Below are positions 1-9,296 of a stretch of DNA of 45,344 nt, in pieces. The stretch spans positions 1-45,344 of the forward strand of contig JBAYAI010000001.1 in NCBI GenBank assembly GCA_041669865.1, written 5' to 3'. The position numbers were made by a program, and so were the translations under genes. The notes under the pieces were generated by a model, which saw only the letters and a list, made by a program, of their open reading frames with translations, made no database searches and was not told the DNA's origin. Positions within the stretch are counted from its first letter, which is position 1. Every line of letters begins with the position of its first letter. The stretch comes from Bacilli bacterium (lineage in GTDB: Bacteria; Bacillota_I; Bacilli_A; RFN20; CAG-288).

Positions 1-1
1 A

Positions 2-610
2 ACTTTATTAAAAAAAGTTCCTTTTTCGGATATAAATATATCTATGATTTGCAAGGAAGCTAATGTTAGTCGCGTGACCTTCTACAACTATTACAGCAAT
101 AAGAATGAACTGATTGAAGATATTGTTAGAATTTTGTTGAATTCGACAATTAAGAAAACGCACATCGAAACAGGATCCAATAAGATTGATATTTGTTATT
201 TTAAGTGCCTTTTGATCAATATAGTTGAAATTAGCTACCGATATGAACAAATTATTCCCGCAATGAGATCTGTGGGAAATCTCGATTTAAAAAATGTAGT
301 TGATAGCTTTTTCTACGATGAGATAAGCTCTTCCTTGCGTAAGTATGTTGAGACAAACAACATAGATATCGACCCAAATATTTTGACCTCTCTCATCTTT
401 GGGGGCTTTGGTCGAATGATATTCGATTGGATAACTAATCCAAATGAAGAAAACCTGGAGGAAAGCAAAATTAAGTTAGAGAAAAATATTTCTCTAATAT
501 TTGCGCGATTACTTCAGTTTGTTCCACAAATCAAAGGTTGCGAATGTTGCGAAACGAGCAATATATGTCCCGTTTCCAAAATTAAATATGGATATAACAA
601 AAAGCCTTAA
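2..610 (+). CDS. TetR/AcrR-family transcriptional regulator, 5' end cut by the window edge
   Basis: The frame is open from nt 2. The N-terminal segment FSDINISMICKEANVSRVTFYNYYSNKNELI matches the TetR HTH signature (..agvS.gtfY.yF.sKe.L). The HTH begins before the first ATG at 44, so the true start lies upstream of the window. Confidence 0.8.
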   Translation, partial: TLLKKVPFSDINISMICKEANVSRVTFYNYYSNKNELIEDIVRILLNSTIKKTHIETGSNKIDICYFKCLLINIVEISYRYEQIIPAMRSVGNLDLKNVVDSFFYDEISSSLRKYVETNNIDIDPNILTSLIFGGFGRMIFDWITNPNEENLEESKIKLEKNISLIFARLLQFVPQIKGCECCETSNICPVSKIKYGYNKKP

Positions 611-629
611 GCGAATGTGCTTAAGGCTT
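602..629. terminator. Bidirectional hairpin between the convergent TetR gene and thrS
   Basis: Stem aagccttaagc, loop gaatgt, stem gcttaaggctt (11-bp perfect stem). It includes the TetR stop codon. T runs are short on both strands. Confidence 0.55.
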
Positions 630-633
630 TTAA

Positions 634-2538
634 TTATCTCTCGATTTTCTTTTGGTCGATGTCTTCTCTTACCAGTTTAATAAAGTCTGCAATCGGAACA
701 GTGATTTGTTCTCGCTTGCCGTAAATGCGATAAGTGATGGTTCCATCTTTGACTTCGTTGTCGCCAATGACAAGTGTATATGGAACTTTTTTTGTTTGCC
801 AATCGTGAATCTTATATCCTAATTTAGCATCTCTATCATCAATTTGAGTTCTAATGTCGCTGTCGGCAATCAATTTATTAATCTTTTTAGAATATTCCAT
901 GTGTGCGGAGTTATTTACGGGAATAATTACTACTTGCTTAGGTGATAACCAAGTCGGGAACGCTCCTTTGAAGAGTTCGATCAATATTCCGGTAAATCTC
1001 TCTAATGAGCCAAATATTGCGCGGTGTAGCATGAAAGGTTCAACCTTTTCTCCGTTGGCATCAACATATTCACAGTTGAAGCGCTTGGGGAGGTTCATAT
1101 CGAGTTGAATAGTTCCACACTGCCAGACTCTTCCGAGCGAATCGTGAAGTTTAAAATCGAGTTTCGGCCCGTAGAACGCTCCGTCACCAGGATTTATTTG
1201 ATAGGGAATATCGTTGTTTTCCAAGCTTTCTCTCAAAGCTTTTTCCGCTTTATCCCAAGTTGCAATATCACCGATATATCCTTCTTCTGGTCTAGTGGAA
1301 AGCACGATGTAATAAGGGAGATTGAAAGTCTTATAAACTTGATCGAAGATTTTAAGAAGAATTTGAATCTCGGATTGAATTTGGTCTTCTCTAACAAAGC
1401 AGTGAGCATCGTCTTGAGTAAAGCTTCTAACGCGGAAAAGGCCATTTAATGCGCCGGATGCTTCGTGACGATGAACGTGTCCCAATTCTCCAATGCGAAT
1501 GGGGAATTCTTTGTATGAGTGGGGCTGGCTTTTGTAAACTAGTATTCCACCTGGGCAGTTCATCGGCTTGATGGCAAAGTCGCGATCATCGATCTTGGTC
1601 GTGTACATATTTCCATTGTAATGCCCCCAATGGCCGGAAATTTCCCAAAGTTCGCGGGATAGCATAATCGGAGTATCGATTATTTGATAGCCATTTTTTA
1701 TGTGTAACTTAATCCAGAAATTTTCTAATTCACGTCTCAAAATTAGTCCATCGTTCAGCCAAAAAGGGAAACCGGGACCATATTCTGAAAGCATAAATAA
1801 GCCGAGTTGTTTACCGAGTAAACGGTGGTCGGCCTTCTTTCTTTCCTCCACCAACTTTAAATATTCATCAAGGTCTTTTTGGTTGAAGAAACAAGTACCA
1901 TATATTCTGGTTAACTGTTCATTGTTCTTGTCGCCGTGGAAATAAGCTCCAGCGATTGATGTGAGCTTGAACGCTTTGCACAGCGAGACCGACTTGACGT
2001 GTGGGCCTTTGCACAAATCGGTGAAATCACCTTGAGCGTAGACGGTTAGAGGTCCTTCGAGTTCTTCAATGTGCTCGAGTTTAAAATGTTGGTCTTTAAA
2101 TATTTCTCTACCTTCTGCTTTCGTTATTTCGCGTCTTTCTAAAGGATATCCAGCAGATACGATATTGTGCATTTCCTTTTCAATGCGAGGAAAGTCCTTT
2201 TCAGAAATGGATTCAGTGAATTTTATATCGTAGTAAAATCCTTCGTTTACTGCCGGACCAAAGGCGATTTGCGCATCGGGATAGATGTGTAAAATTGCTT
2301 GAGCTAAGACGTGAGCACAAGTGTGATTCAAAACGTGTAGTGCCTCTGGTGATTCCTTGGTAATGACTTCAAAATCTCCACCTTTGTCAATTTTTTCTCT
2401 GTAGTCGAGCAACTCTCCATTTAGCTTCACAGCTAGACATTTCTTAGCTAAAGAAAGAGAGATCTTCTTTGCGGCCTCCAAGCCAGTTATGCCGCTTTCA
2501 ATTTCAATTCTCTTTCCGTCTTTCAGTATTAAGTCCAT
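634..2538 (-). CDS. thrS: Threonyl-tRNA synthetase
   Basis: 634 aa. N-terminal TGS domain (MDLILKDGKRIEIESGITGLEAAKKIS), editing-domain HxxxH (HTCAHVLAQA), class II core (FRVRSFTQDDAHCF, GTIQLD) and a C-terminal anticodon-binding domain. GGAG RBS upstream. Preceded by a T-box leader. Confidence 0.95.
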   Translation of the reverse strand: MDLILKDGKRIEIESGITGLEAAKKISLSLAKKCLAVKLNGELLDYREKIDKGGDFEVITKESPEALHVLNHTCAHVLAQAILHIYPDAQIAFGPAVNEGFYYDIKFTESISEKDFPRIEKEMHNIVSAGYPLERREITKAEGREIFKDQHFKLEHIEELEGPLTVYAQGDFTDLCKGPHVKSVSLCKAFKLTSIAGAYFHGDKNNEQLTRIYGTCFFNQKDLDEYLKLVEERKKADHRLLGKQLGLFMLSEYGPGFPFWLNDGLILRRELENFWIKLHIKNGYQIIDTPIMLSRELWEISGHWGHYNGNMYTTKIDDRDFAIKPMNCPGGILVYKSQPHSYKEFPIRIGELGHVHRHEASGALNGLFRVRSFTQDDAHCFVREDQIQSEIQILLKIFDQVYKTFNLPYYIVLSTRPEEGYIGDIATWDKAEKALRESLENNDIPYQINPGDGAFYGPKLDFKLHDSLGRVWQCGTIQLDMNLPKRFNCEYVDANGEKVEPFMLHRAIFGSLERFTGILIELFKGAFPTWLSPKQVVIIPVNNSAHMEYSKKINKLIADSDIRTQIDDRDAKLGYKIHDWQTKKVPYTLVIGDNEVKDGTITYRIYGKREQITVPIADFIKLVREDIDQKKIER

Positions 2539-2561
2539 ATTAATCTCCTTATTTCTATTAA

Positions 2562-2750
2562 ATAAAAAAGCACCTCAGGGCGAATAAATTCGCGGTGCCA
2601 CCTGTATTCATTCAGCTATAGATAAACTGAACCTCTAATTAGATATAACGGAATCTAACCGCCCTATTACTAGGGAAGCTCCAAAGTGGTAAATTCTTAG
2701 TTGTATTTTCTATTTCATCTCGGCTTGAAAATTTTCTGTCGGTTTTAAGA
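2562..2750 (-). promoter_or_regulatory. T-box riboswitch leader of thrS (antiterminator/terminator plus F-box; candidate Thr specifier ACC)
   Basis: The minus strand reads AGGTGGCACCGCGaatttatTCGCCCTGAGGTGCtttttt (plus coords 2564-2604), which is the conserved T-box GGUGGnACCGCG followed by a terminator helix and U run. An F-box CCGTTA lies at 2646-2651. GAAtttACCA at about 2685-2697 contains an ACC Thr codon followed by a purine. Confidence 0.75.
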
Positions 2751-2827
2751 ATTCATGTCTTCTTCACAGCTTGATTATATGTTACTTGCTTAATTGACTT
2801 TAGTCAATATAAAAGCGAGATTTGAAG

Positions 2828-2860
2828 AAAAAAAGACTGAACTTTGAATGAAGTTCAGTC
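2828..2860 (-). terminator. Rho-independent terminator after the Fe-ADH gene
   Basis: Stem gactgaactt, loop tgaatg, stem aagttcagtc (10-bp perfect stem), followed on the minus strand by TTTTTTTC. Confidence 0.8.
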
Positions 2861-2868
2861 TTTAATTT

Positions 2869-4095
2869 TTAAACGTATTTAGCTTTCATGATCTTTTTGT
2901 ATATTTCTTCTAATTCCTTCCTATTCATAATCTTTGGAACGGGATAGAGAGGATTGGCCTCCTTAGCAGCGTGCGCCGCGAGAAGAGGGATATCCTTCTT
3001 TTCGACAATTCCTCGCAAGCTAGGAGGAATATTCATTTGCTTGTTCATGTGGATGATGATTTGAATGAAGAAATTTGCCTTCTGTTTCCTGGTCTTTATA
3101 GCTTCATCCTTCAGGCCGAGATAGTCATAAATTTTGGCAAGTTTGCGATGGGCGCTCTTGCCGTAGGATTTAAGTACGTGGGGAAGGATGATAGCGATAG
3201 CCATTCCGTGTGGAGCATTGTAGACAGCGCCGAGGGAATGGGCTAAAGAATGTACGTATCCGACATACGCCCTAGTAAAGGCTACGCCGGCTTTAAATGC
3301 AGCCACTTGCATGTTCTCCCGATAAGTGAGATTCTGTGGTTCTTTATATGAAAGCAAGAGATTCTCATAGATTAATTTAATGGCTTCCAGCGCATATTTT
3401 TTTGTCTTGGCAGTATTTTCGCGACCAATGTAAGCTTCAACTGCGTGACACATCGCATCCATACCGGTTGTCGATGTAATATTTGGAGGTAAATTAACCA
3501 AAAGAGTAGGGTCCAGTATGGCGTACTTTGGTATCAAAACTGGATCCATCAAAGAGTACTTATCGTTGTGCTCCGGATCGGAAATAACCGCAGCGAGCGT
3601 AGTTTCTGAACCAGTTCCCGCCGTGGTTGGAATAGCGATCAAAGGTGGAATTCTTTTCCTTATCTTTAAAACTCCCTTGAGTTTTTTAAAGGGTTTATTT
3701 TTTGTGGCGACTAAGGCTCCTACCGCTTTGGCGGCATCCATAGATGAACCTCCACCAAAGGCAATGAGACCCTTGCAGTTGTTTGATAAGTAAAGTTTGT
3801 ATGCTTCGTGAGCATTTTCAACCGTCGGGTTGGGGACTACGTTGTGGTAAACGGTGTAGTCAATCTTAGCCTCATCTAAATCGGCCATCAAAGAATCCAA
3901 CAATCCCAACTTAAATAAATTGTCATCGGTGATAATTAGACAAGAGTTTATTTTCTCCTTTGAGAGAAGGTCTTTTACCTTACTAATCGATCCCGGTTCA
4001 GAGAAGTATTTGGGTTCATCAAAATTCAAGAAGTGTTCAACGACCCAAAAACTGAATTGATAGGCTCTTGCGTATGCGCAATATAATTTATTCAT
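2869..4095 (-). CDS. Iron-containing (group III) alcohol dehydrogenase
   Basis: 408 aa. Has the Fe-ADH NAD-binding motif GGGSSMDAAKAVG and the metal-ligand histidine cluster (MCHAVEAY, HSLAHSLGAVYNAPHGMAIA). AAAGGAG RBS. No terminator separates it from the upstream ABC genes, so it may be co-transcribed. Confidence 0.88.
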   Translation of the reverse strand: MNKLYCAYARAYQFSFWVVEHFLNFDEPKYFSEPGSISKVKDLLSKEKINSCLIITDDNLFKLGLLDSLMADLDEAKIDYTVYHNVVPNPTVENAHEAYKLYLSNNCKGLIAFGGGSSMDAAKAVGALVATKNKPFKKLKGVLKIRKRIPPLIAIPTTAGTGSETTLAAVISDPEHNDKYSLMDPVLIPKYAILDPTLLVNLPPNITSTTGMDAMCHAVEAYIGRENTAKTKKYALEAIKLIYENLLLSYKEPQNLTYRENMQVAAFKAGVAFTRAYVGYVHSLAHSLGAVYNAPHGMAIAIILPHVLKSYGKSAHRKLAKIYDYLGLKDEAIKTRKQKANFFIQIIIHMNKQMNIPPSLRGIVEKKDIPLLAAHAAKEANPLYPVPKIMNRKELEEIYKKIMKAKYV

Positions 4096-4149
4096 TTTCG
4101 TACTCCTTTAAATCTAGAAATACATCACTACTTTTTAGTATAGTTCAAA

Positions 4150-6981
4150 TTAATTTAAAGAGCCAATAATGTCCACTGGTTTTTTTCGAAGCAAAATCCA
4201 CAAGGGAATGTTGGAAGTTGCAATCATAATGGCAATGTATGCTAAATAGAAGACAATAGTCCACAACCATCCCAGGTTATAGACTCCGAAAGCCAGCAGA
4301 AGAATAGTAAATAGAAGGCAGGGAATTATTGCGTTGAGCAAGCTTTCCGAAAGAATGAGCGAAGTGTTCTCTGCAACTAATTCTTTCTTGGAATAACCGA
4401 GGCAGCGCAGAACGCCAAACCGGTATTTTTCCTTATTAACATATGAGAAATTTGAAAGGATGACAATCGATAAGAATATTCCCCCGATAACAGCAATGGA
4501 AGTAGCTGAACCGACGATATTATCGTATTCGGAATTTGGACTATACAGTTTATAGATAGAATCGTAGGTGTAAACGCTCTTTTTTAGCTCGGGATGATTT
4601 TCAAAGTAAGATTTGGTTTTTTCGTAATCGGAAGTGATGAGAACATTGGAAGTATTGCCATTGATAAGGTCTCCTAAATTTGTAGAATAGTTGACTGCAA
4701 AGTCAGGCATGTTTATGTAAGTTAAGAACTTATTCGAGGCTATTACATTTACTTCTTCCATTCCTGAATCGTCGTAATAGCCGGTGACGATATATCCACT
4801 TGTGTCCTCTGAAATATTTCCAAAGTCTCGATAGGATTCAGGCAAGGCTATCTCATATATTTCTGTCGGCATTCTTCCTTCAGTGATTGTTATTTCCGAA
4901 GTGGGAAGTTGCATGTAGGAACTGTTGATTATTACATCAACATATGAATTGATGAATAATGAGGAAGAATCGTTAAATGTTCCATCGGTCGTCGAATAAT
5001 CCCTAAAGCAAATAATTTTACTTTCGGGATCGTTGATGTTTTCAATGAAGTAATCGCTGTCGTATTCGATATTTAGTATGCTCTGATAGAATAAAGAATC
5101 TAACATTTCCGCAGAAAAGTAAGCGTAGGAAGTGTTTGTTTCGAATGTTTTTTCATCTGGAGTTTCTTCAAATCCGGTATTTGAATTGAAAAAGCGATAG
5201 TTCGAATCATCCTTTATGTCATCATACTCGACAAAAGAAAACTCGGAGAGAAATCTTGAGAGCATGTATCTATAACCGTAGTTTGAGATTTTTTCCATCA
5301 GGTTTAGTCTAGCGGAAGTATTCTCGTTTACAAAGACAGCGGGAAGGGTAGAATCGACAACTCCGATAATCGTCAGGTCATCTTGATAATCGATGCCATC
5401 GTAATTGTAGTAGTTTATGTAGATGTTTGAATTGACAAGTGCCTCATCGATAGTCATACCACCTGTGTAAACAGCGTCGCCGACAATCGACTTAATTTGG
5501 TCTCTGACTGCTGTTGTGATGTAGGCTTGATTATCTTCGAGTTCATCGGCAAAAGAACTGCCAAAATCAAAAGTGCGATAGTCCGCAAAATCTCTTACGA
5601 TATATTCTACATCACTCGAATATTGATAATCGATATCAGAGATGATGCTATTGGTAAAGTTGAAAGATGAAATGGGTAAAGAAAGTTCTGTATTTACCGC
5701 ATATCGACTAGTTTGTGATTGTGGATAATAGGACAAATAGTCGACAATTCCACTATCTTCATCATACAGCAAATCTATGTAATCTTCCGCGTTGTAACTC
5801 AAATCGTCGCTATCTTCATTCAAAACAAAGACGGCGTTCTCATGAAGAGGGAAGATATTGGTATCTTTCAAATTGTTGACTTGACCAATCAACAAGTTGA
5901 ACATGATGAGTAAAATAAATGGAAACACGATGGTGGAAAGAGTGTTCAAAGTTGATTTGAAAGTCGGCTTAGTTGTTAACTTTTTGCGAAGGACTTTGTA
6001 CATACTTGTATCTTTAATCGTCTTTTTGTCCTTCCGCTGTTCGAAGCTCAAATTAATATCTTTTAAATGATCTATCTGTTGTTGGTTCGATTTTTCGGTG
6101 GTTTCTAAAGTTACTTCATCGTTGGAGGCAATTGAAACATTGTTTCCAACGACAAGAATTTTACCATTTTGTCTTATGATTTTAATTTCGTTATTTTCAT
6201 CATTTTTATCCGTCGATTGAGTATATAGTTTAATGAGAAAATTCTCATCCTTATATTCGTCCACTTCCATGTTAGCAACATTGATATTTTGAGTGATGTT
6301 AGAAGAAGAAATGACTTTTGATGATGATTTGTCGAAGCCAATAACTTTTTTGTTTTCAATCATAAAAGTTTTGTCTGCGTATTTATTGACTAGACCTAAG
6401 TTGTGAGTTACGCAAATGACGAGGTGATTCTTTGATAACTTTTTCAATATGTTCATGACGATGATCGAGTTTTTGGAATCGAGATTTCCCGTGGGCTCAT
6501 CCGCTAAGATAATCTTTGGATTGCTCGCAAGTGAGCGAGCAATAGCTACTCGTTGACGCTGGCCGAGCGAAAGGGCTCCAGCACGACGCGAAGGATTAAT
6601 ATCTAAATCAACTGCTTCAAGCAGCGCCTTTGTCCGAGCGTGAATCTCTTCCTCATCGTATATTCCGATCAGATTTAACGCGACGCGAATATTGTCATAT
6701 ACGCTCAATTCTTCAAATATTAAAAAGTTTTGAAAGATATATCCGATATTTCGACGCCGATATTGTTCAATATCGACCTCCTTTTTGTCAAAGAGTATTT
6801 TTCCCTCATAAGAAATGAGGCCACCGATGGCATTGAGCATTGTCGATTTACCAGTTCCGGAGCGACCGACAAAAAAGATGAATCCCTCATTTGGAAGTTG
6901 AAGTGAGGTTTCTTTTAGCACTGTGTTTTCATTTCGACGGTGTTTGTTATAAGTCTTCGATAAATTTTCTATATTAATCAT
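4150..6981 (-). CDS. Fused ABC ATPase + FtsX/MacB-type permease, long subunit, copy 1 (943 aa)
   Basis: Walker A GRSGTGKST, Q-loop IFQNF, signature LSLGQRQR, Walker B ILADEPTGNLD, H-loop VTHN. TM1 lies at about aa 347-367, followed by an extracytoplasmic domain of about 450 aa. The C-terminal 3-TM FtsX-like bundle carries LRCLGYSKKEL. The start overlaps the upstream stop by 8 nt. Confidence 0.9.
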   Translation of the reverse strand: MINIENLSKTYNKHRRNENTVLKETSLQLPNEGFIFFVGRSGTGKSTMLNAIGGLISYEGKILFDKKEVDIEQYRRRNIGYIFQNFLIFEELSVYDNIRVALNLIGIYDEEEIHARTKALLEAVDLDINPSRRAGALSLGQRQRVAIARSLASNPKIILADEPTGNLDSKNSIIVMNILKKLSKNHLVICVTHNLGLVNKYADKTFMIENKKVIGFDKSSSKVISSSNITQNINVANMEVDEYKDENFLIKLYTQSTDKNDENNEIKIIRQNGKILVVGNNVSIASNDEVTLETTEKSNQQQIDHLKDINLSFEQRKDKKTIKDTSMYKVLRKKLTTKPTFKSTLNTLSTIVFPFILLIMFNLLIGQVNNLKDTNIFPLHENAVFVLNEDSDDLSYNAEDYIDLLYDEDSGIVDYLSYYPQSQTSRYAVNTELSLPISSFNFTNSIISDIDYQYSSDVEYIVRDFADYRTFDFGSSFADELEDNQAYITTAVRDQIKSIVGDAVYTGGMTIDEALVNSNIYINYYNYDGIDYQDDLTIIGVVDSTLPAVFVNENTSARLNLMEKISNYGYRYMLSRFLSEFSFVEYDDIKDDSNYRFFNSNTGFEETPDEKTFETNTSYAYFSAEMLDSLFYQSILNIEYDSDYFIENINDPESKIICFRDYSTTDGTFNDSSSLFINSYVDVIINSSYMQLPTSEITITEGRMPTEIYEIALPESYRDFGNISEDTSGYIVTGYYDDSGMEEVNVIASNKFLTYINMPDFAVNYSTNLGDLINGNTSNVLITSDYEKTKSYFENHPELKKSVYTYDSIYKLYSPNSEYDNIVGSATSIAVIGGIFLSIVILSNFSYVNKEKYRFGVLRCLGYSKKELVAENTSLILSESLLNAIIPCLLFTILLLAFGVYNLGWLWTIVFYLAYIAIMIATSNIPLWILLRKKPVDIIGSLN

Positions 6982-9262
6982 TTTCTATTACCTTCTTTCT
7001 GGTCGGCAGGGAAAAGAAGACCGCACACATTAAACAAAAGACTATTGCTAAAATCAACAGCCAAATGTTTGCTGAGAATAATTCTGCGGCAAAGGGAATG
7101 TAAATGGCAGTTAAGGCAGCTATTGTTGCTGTTCCAACTATAGCTAGAAGTATAAATTGAATCAAATTTACTAGAACGATGTTCTTAAAGGAAAAACCAA
7201 TGTAACTTAAGACCTGTTCATCGTAGGATTTGCGATAGTAGAATCGATTGATGATAAACTTAATGATTATTGACATGATTAGAATGTTTATGAGAATGAA
7301 ACAGAAGAAGAAGAGATAACTCTGTCTCAAGATACTGCTCTTGCTGTCTAATTTTATCGTGTAGTTAGAGCCGCTATCGGTTGGTTCAGCATAGTACATG
7401 CTCTCGTTGCTGGCTTTTAGATTTTCGTAATTGGATTTTGCCGTTTCTATATCGCTGAAATAGACTGTTGATATCAGTTTGTTCTCCGCGAGAACTTTCT
7501 TCACTCCCTGGTCGAATATAGCATACTTATTATCGTAAGGAAGGACGTAATCTACCTCGAATTTATCGAGGGGAATTTCGATGTTTTTATATGTAATTGT
7601 TAAATCTTGTCCAGGCAAGTTCTCCGAAAGTAACAAGTGATTTCCATCGATTTGTTCCTCATCTAAAGATGGTAAATAGTTATTTTTAGCTAATCGGTAT
7701 CCATCTTCATTTTTTAAGGTTAAAAGATCCGAAATAGAGGATATATAGTTTGTCGCTTCGTCAAAACTTAAGTTGTCGAATTCGTGAATGAAGGAGTTTC
7801 TCAATGAATTTAACTGCTCTTCGCTCATTTGTATATACATATAATACGATTCATTTTGCTGAGAATCATAGGTGTAGATACTGGTGATACGCGTTTCAAA
7901 TTGTTCCGGATCTGAAACTTGCGAGTCATTTGTAAGGTCTATGGAACTATTAACTATATCTAGCCAGGTGTCGTTTGTTATAGTTATATCCGTATTGTAA
8001 ATTGTGTTTAAAATCTCGTAATAATATCCGTTCTCATTCCAACTATCGGGAATATAGATTGCTACACCTTCGCTGTTTTCACTCTTTATTAGAGTTGAAT
8101 TATCAATAAAATATGGGATGGCGCGAATGGTTAAAGAATCAAAAGCGCTAGTTTTTTTGTTGCTGTCATTATCTGAAGAATACTCGGAATCGGATTGAAC
8201 TAAGGGAGAGTAAATTCTTATATCATCATCTAAAATATCTCCGTAATCTATATAGTAATCCCCTTCGTAATTCACATCCTGGTCGTCGATTCTCGCTTTG
8301 GAGTTTTTGATTTCGTTTCCCATTTGGTATTCCTGATCAAATAGATAATCATAATCGAGGGTAAACAGTTCTCCAATTGTTCCTATGGCATTGACCGAAG
8401 TTGCAAAAACGTACAGATTTCCAAAGATGCTGGCGAAGCAAAAGAGGAGAACAATGAAAGTTGCAATCGTCCTTCCAAGGTGTTTGAATCCGATTAAATA
8501 TGTGGAATAAAGATAGGAATTTAAGGAGAGTTTTTGAACCGATTCCCTGGTCTTTTGTTTGATTGAATTCTCCATAGGAGTCCTTACTTTTTCATCCTTA
8601 ACGATATTGCTGTCGGCTAATACTATGTGTCTAGTCACATATTTACTGACAATGTGGTAGTCGTGAGTTACGTACAATATAAGTTTGTTTTTCGATATTT
8701 TTGAAATTATTTGCGTAATCTGGTTCGAAGTTTTGTCATCGAGGTTTCCCGTGGGTTCGTCAAAGACAATTATCGGTGTATCGAGGGCGATGCTTCGTGC
8801 AATAGCGACTCTTTGACGCTCACCACCGGAAAGTTTTGAAACTCTCATTTTACCTTGCTTGACTATTCCCACATCAGCAAGAGCGCGTTTAGCCAAAACT
8901 TTGGCTTCTTTCTTGGTTTTCCCTTGTTTTAACAGCGCGAGAATGACGTTTTGAATAGCCGAAATAGACTCAATTAAGTTGTAATCCTGAAAGACAAAGG
9001 AAATGTTGTTGGCGTATATGCTTTGCTTTTTTTTGGCACTGAGACCAGAAACAGGGACACCATCAAAATACATCTCACCTTCGTCGAAGTCTTCCAAGCC
9101 GGTGATTACTTTAATAAGAGAAGATTTACCTGCTCCTGATTCACCGGTGATGACGACAAAAGAACCGTCGGTGTCGAATTCCAAAGATATATTTTCCAAA
9201 GCTTTGGTTGATTTGCCTTGATCGTAATAATACTTATTTATCTTTTTTAATTTTATATTCAT
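6974..9262 (-). CDS. Fused ABC ATPase + FtsX/MacB-type permease, short subunit, copy 1 (762 aa)
   Basis: Walker A GESGAGKSS, Q-loop VFQDY, signature LSGGERQR, Walker B IVFDEPTGNLD, H-loop VTHD. TM1 lies at about aa 265-288, followed by an extracytoplasmic domain of about 350 aa. The C-terminal 3-TM FtsX-like region carries LSYIGFSFKNI. AAAGGAA RBS. Confidence 0.9.
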   Translation of the reverse strand: MNIKLKKINKYYYDQGKSTKALENISLEFDTDGSFVVITGESGAGKSSLIKVITGLEDFDEGEMYFDGVPVSGLSAKKKQSIYANNISFVFQDYNLIESISAIQNVILALLKQGKTKKEAKVLAKRALADVGIVKQGKMRVSKLSGGERQRVAIARSIALDTPIIVFDEPTGNLDDKTSNQITQIISKISKNKLILYVTHDYHIVSKYVTRHIVLADSNIVKDEKVRTPMENSIKQKTRESVQKLSLNSYLYSTYLIGFKHLGRTIATFIVLLFCFASIFGNLYVFATSVNAIGTIGELFTLDYDYLFDQEYQMGNEIKNSKARIDDQDVNYEGDYYIDYGDILDDDIRIYSPLVQSDSEYSSDNDSNKKTSAFDSLTIRAIPYFIDNSTLIKSENSEGVAIYIPDSWNENGYYYEILNTIYNTDITITNDTWLDIVNSSIDLTNDSQVSDPEQFETRITSIYTYDSQQNESYYMYIQMSEEQLNSLRNSFIHEFDNLSFDEATNYISSISDLLTLKNEDGYRLAKNNYLPSLDEEQIDGNHLLLSENLPGQDLTITYKNIEIPLDKFEVDYVLPYDNKYAIFDQGVKKVLAENKLISTVYFSDIETAKSNYENLKASNESMYYAEPTDSGSNYTIKLDSKSSILRQSYLFFFCFILINILIMSIIIKFIINRFYYRKSYDEQVLSYIGFSFKNIVLVNLIQFILLAIVGTATIAALTAIYIPFAAELFSANIWLLILAIVFCLMCAVFFSLPTRKKVIEND

Positions 9263-9296
9263 ACTGGTTCCTTTCAGTGATTTTTCTAAACTTTAT

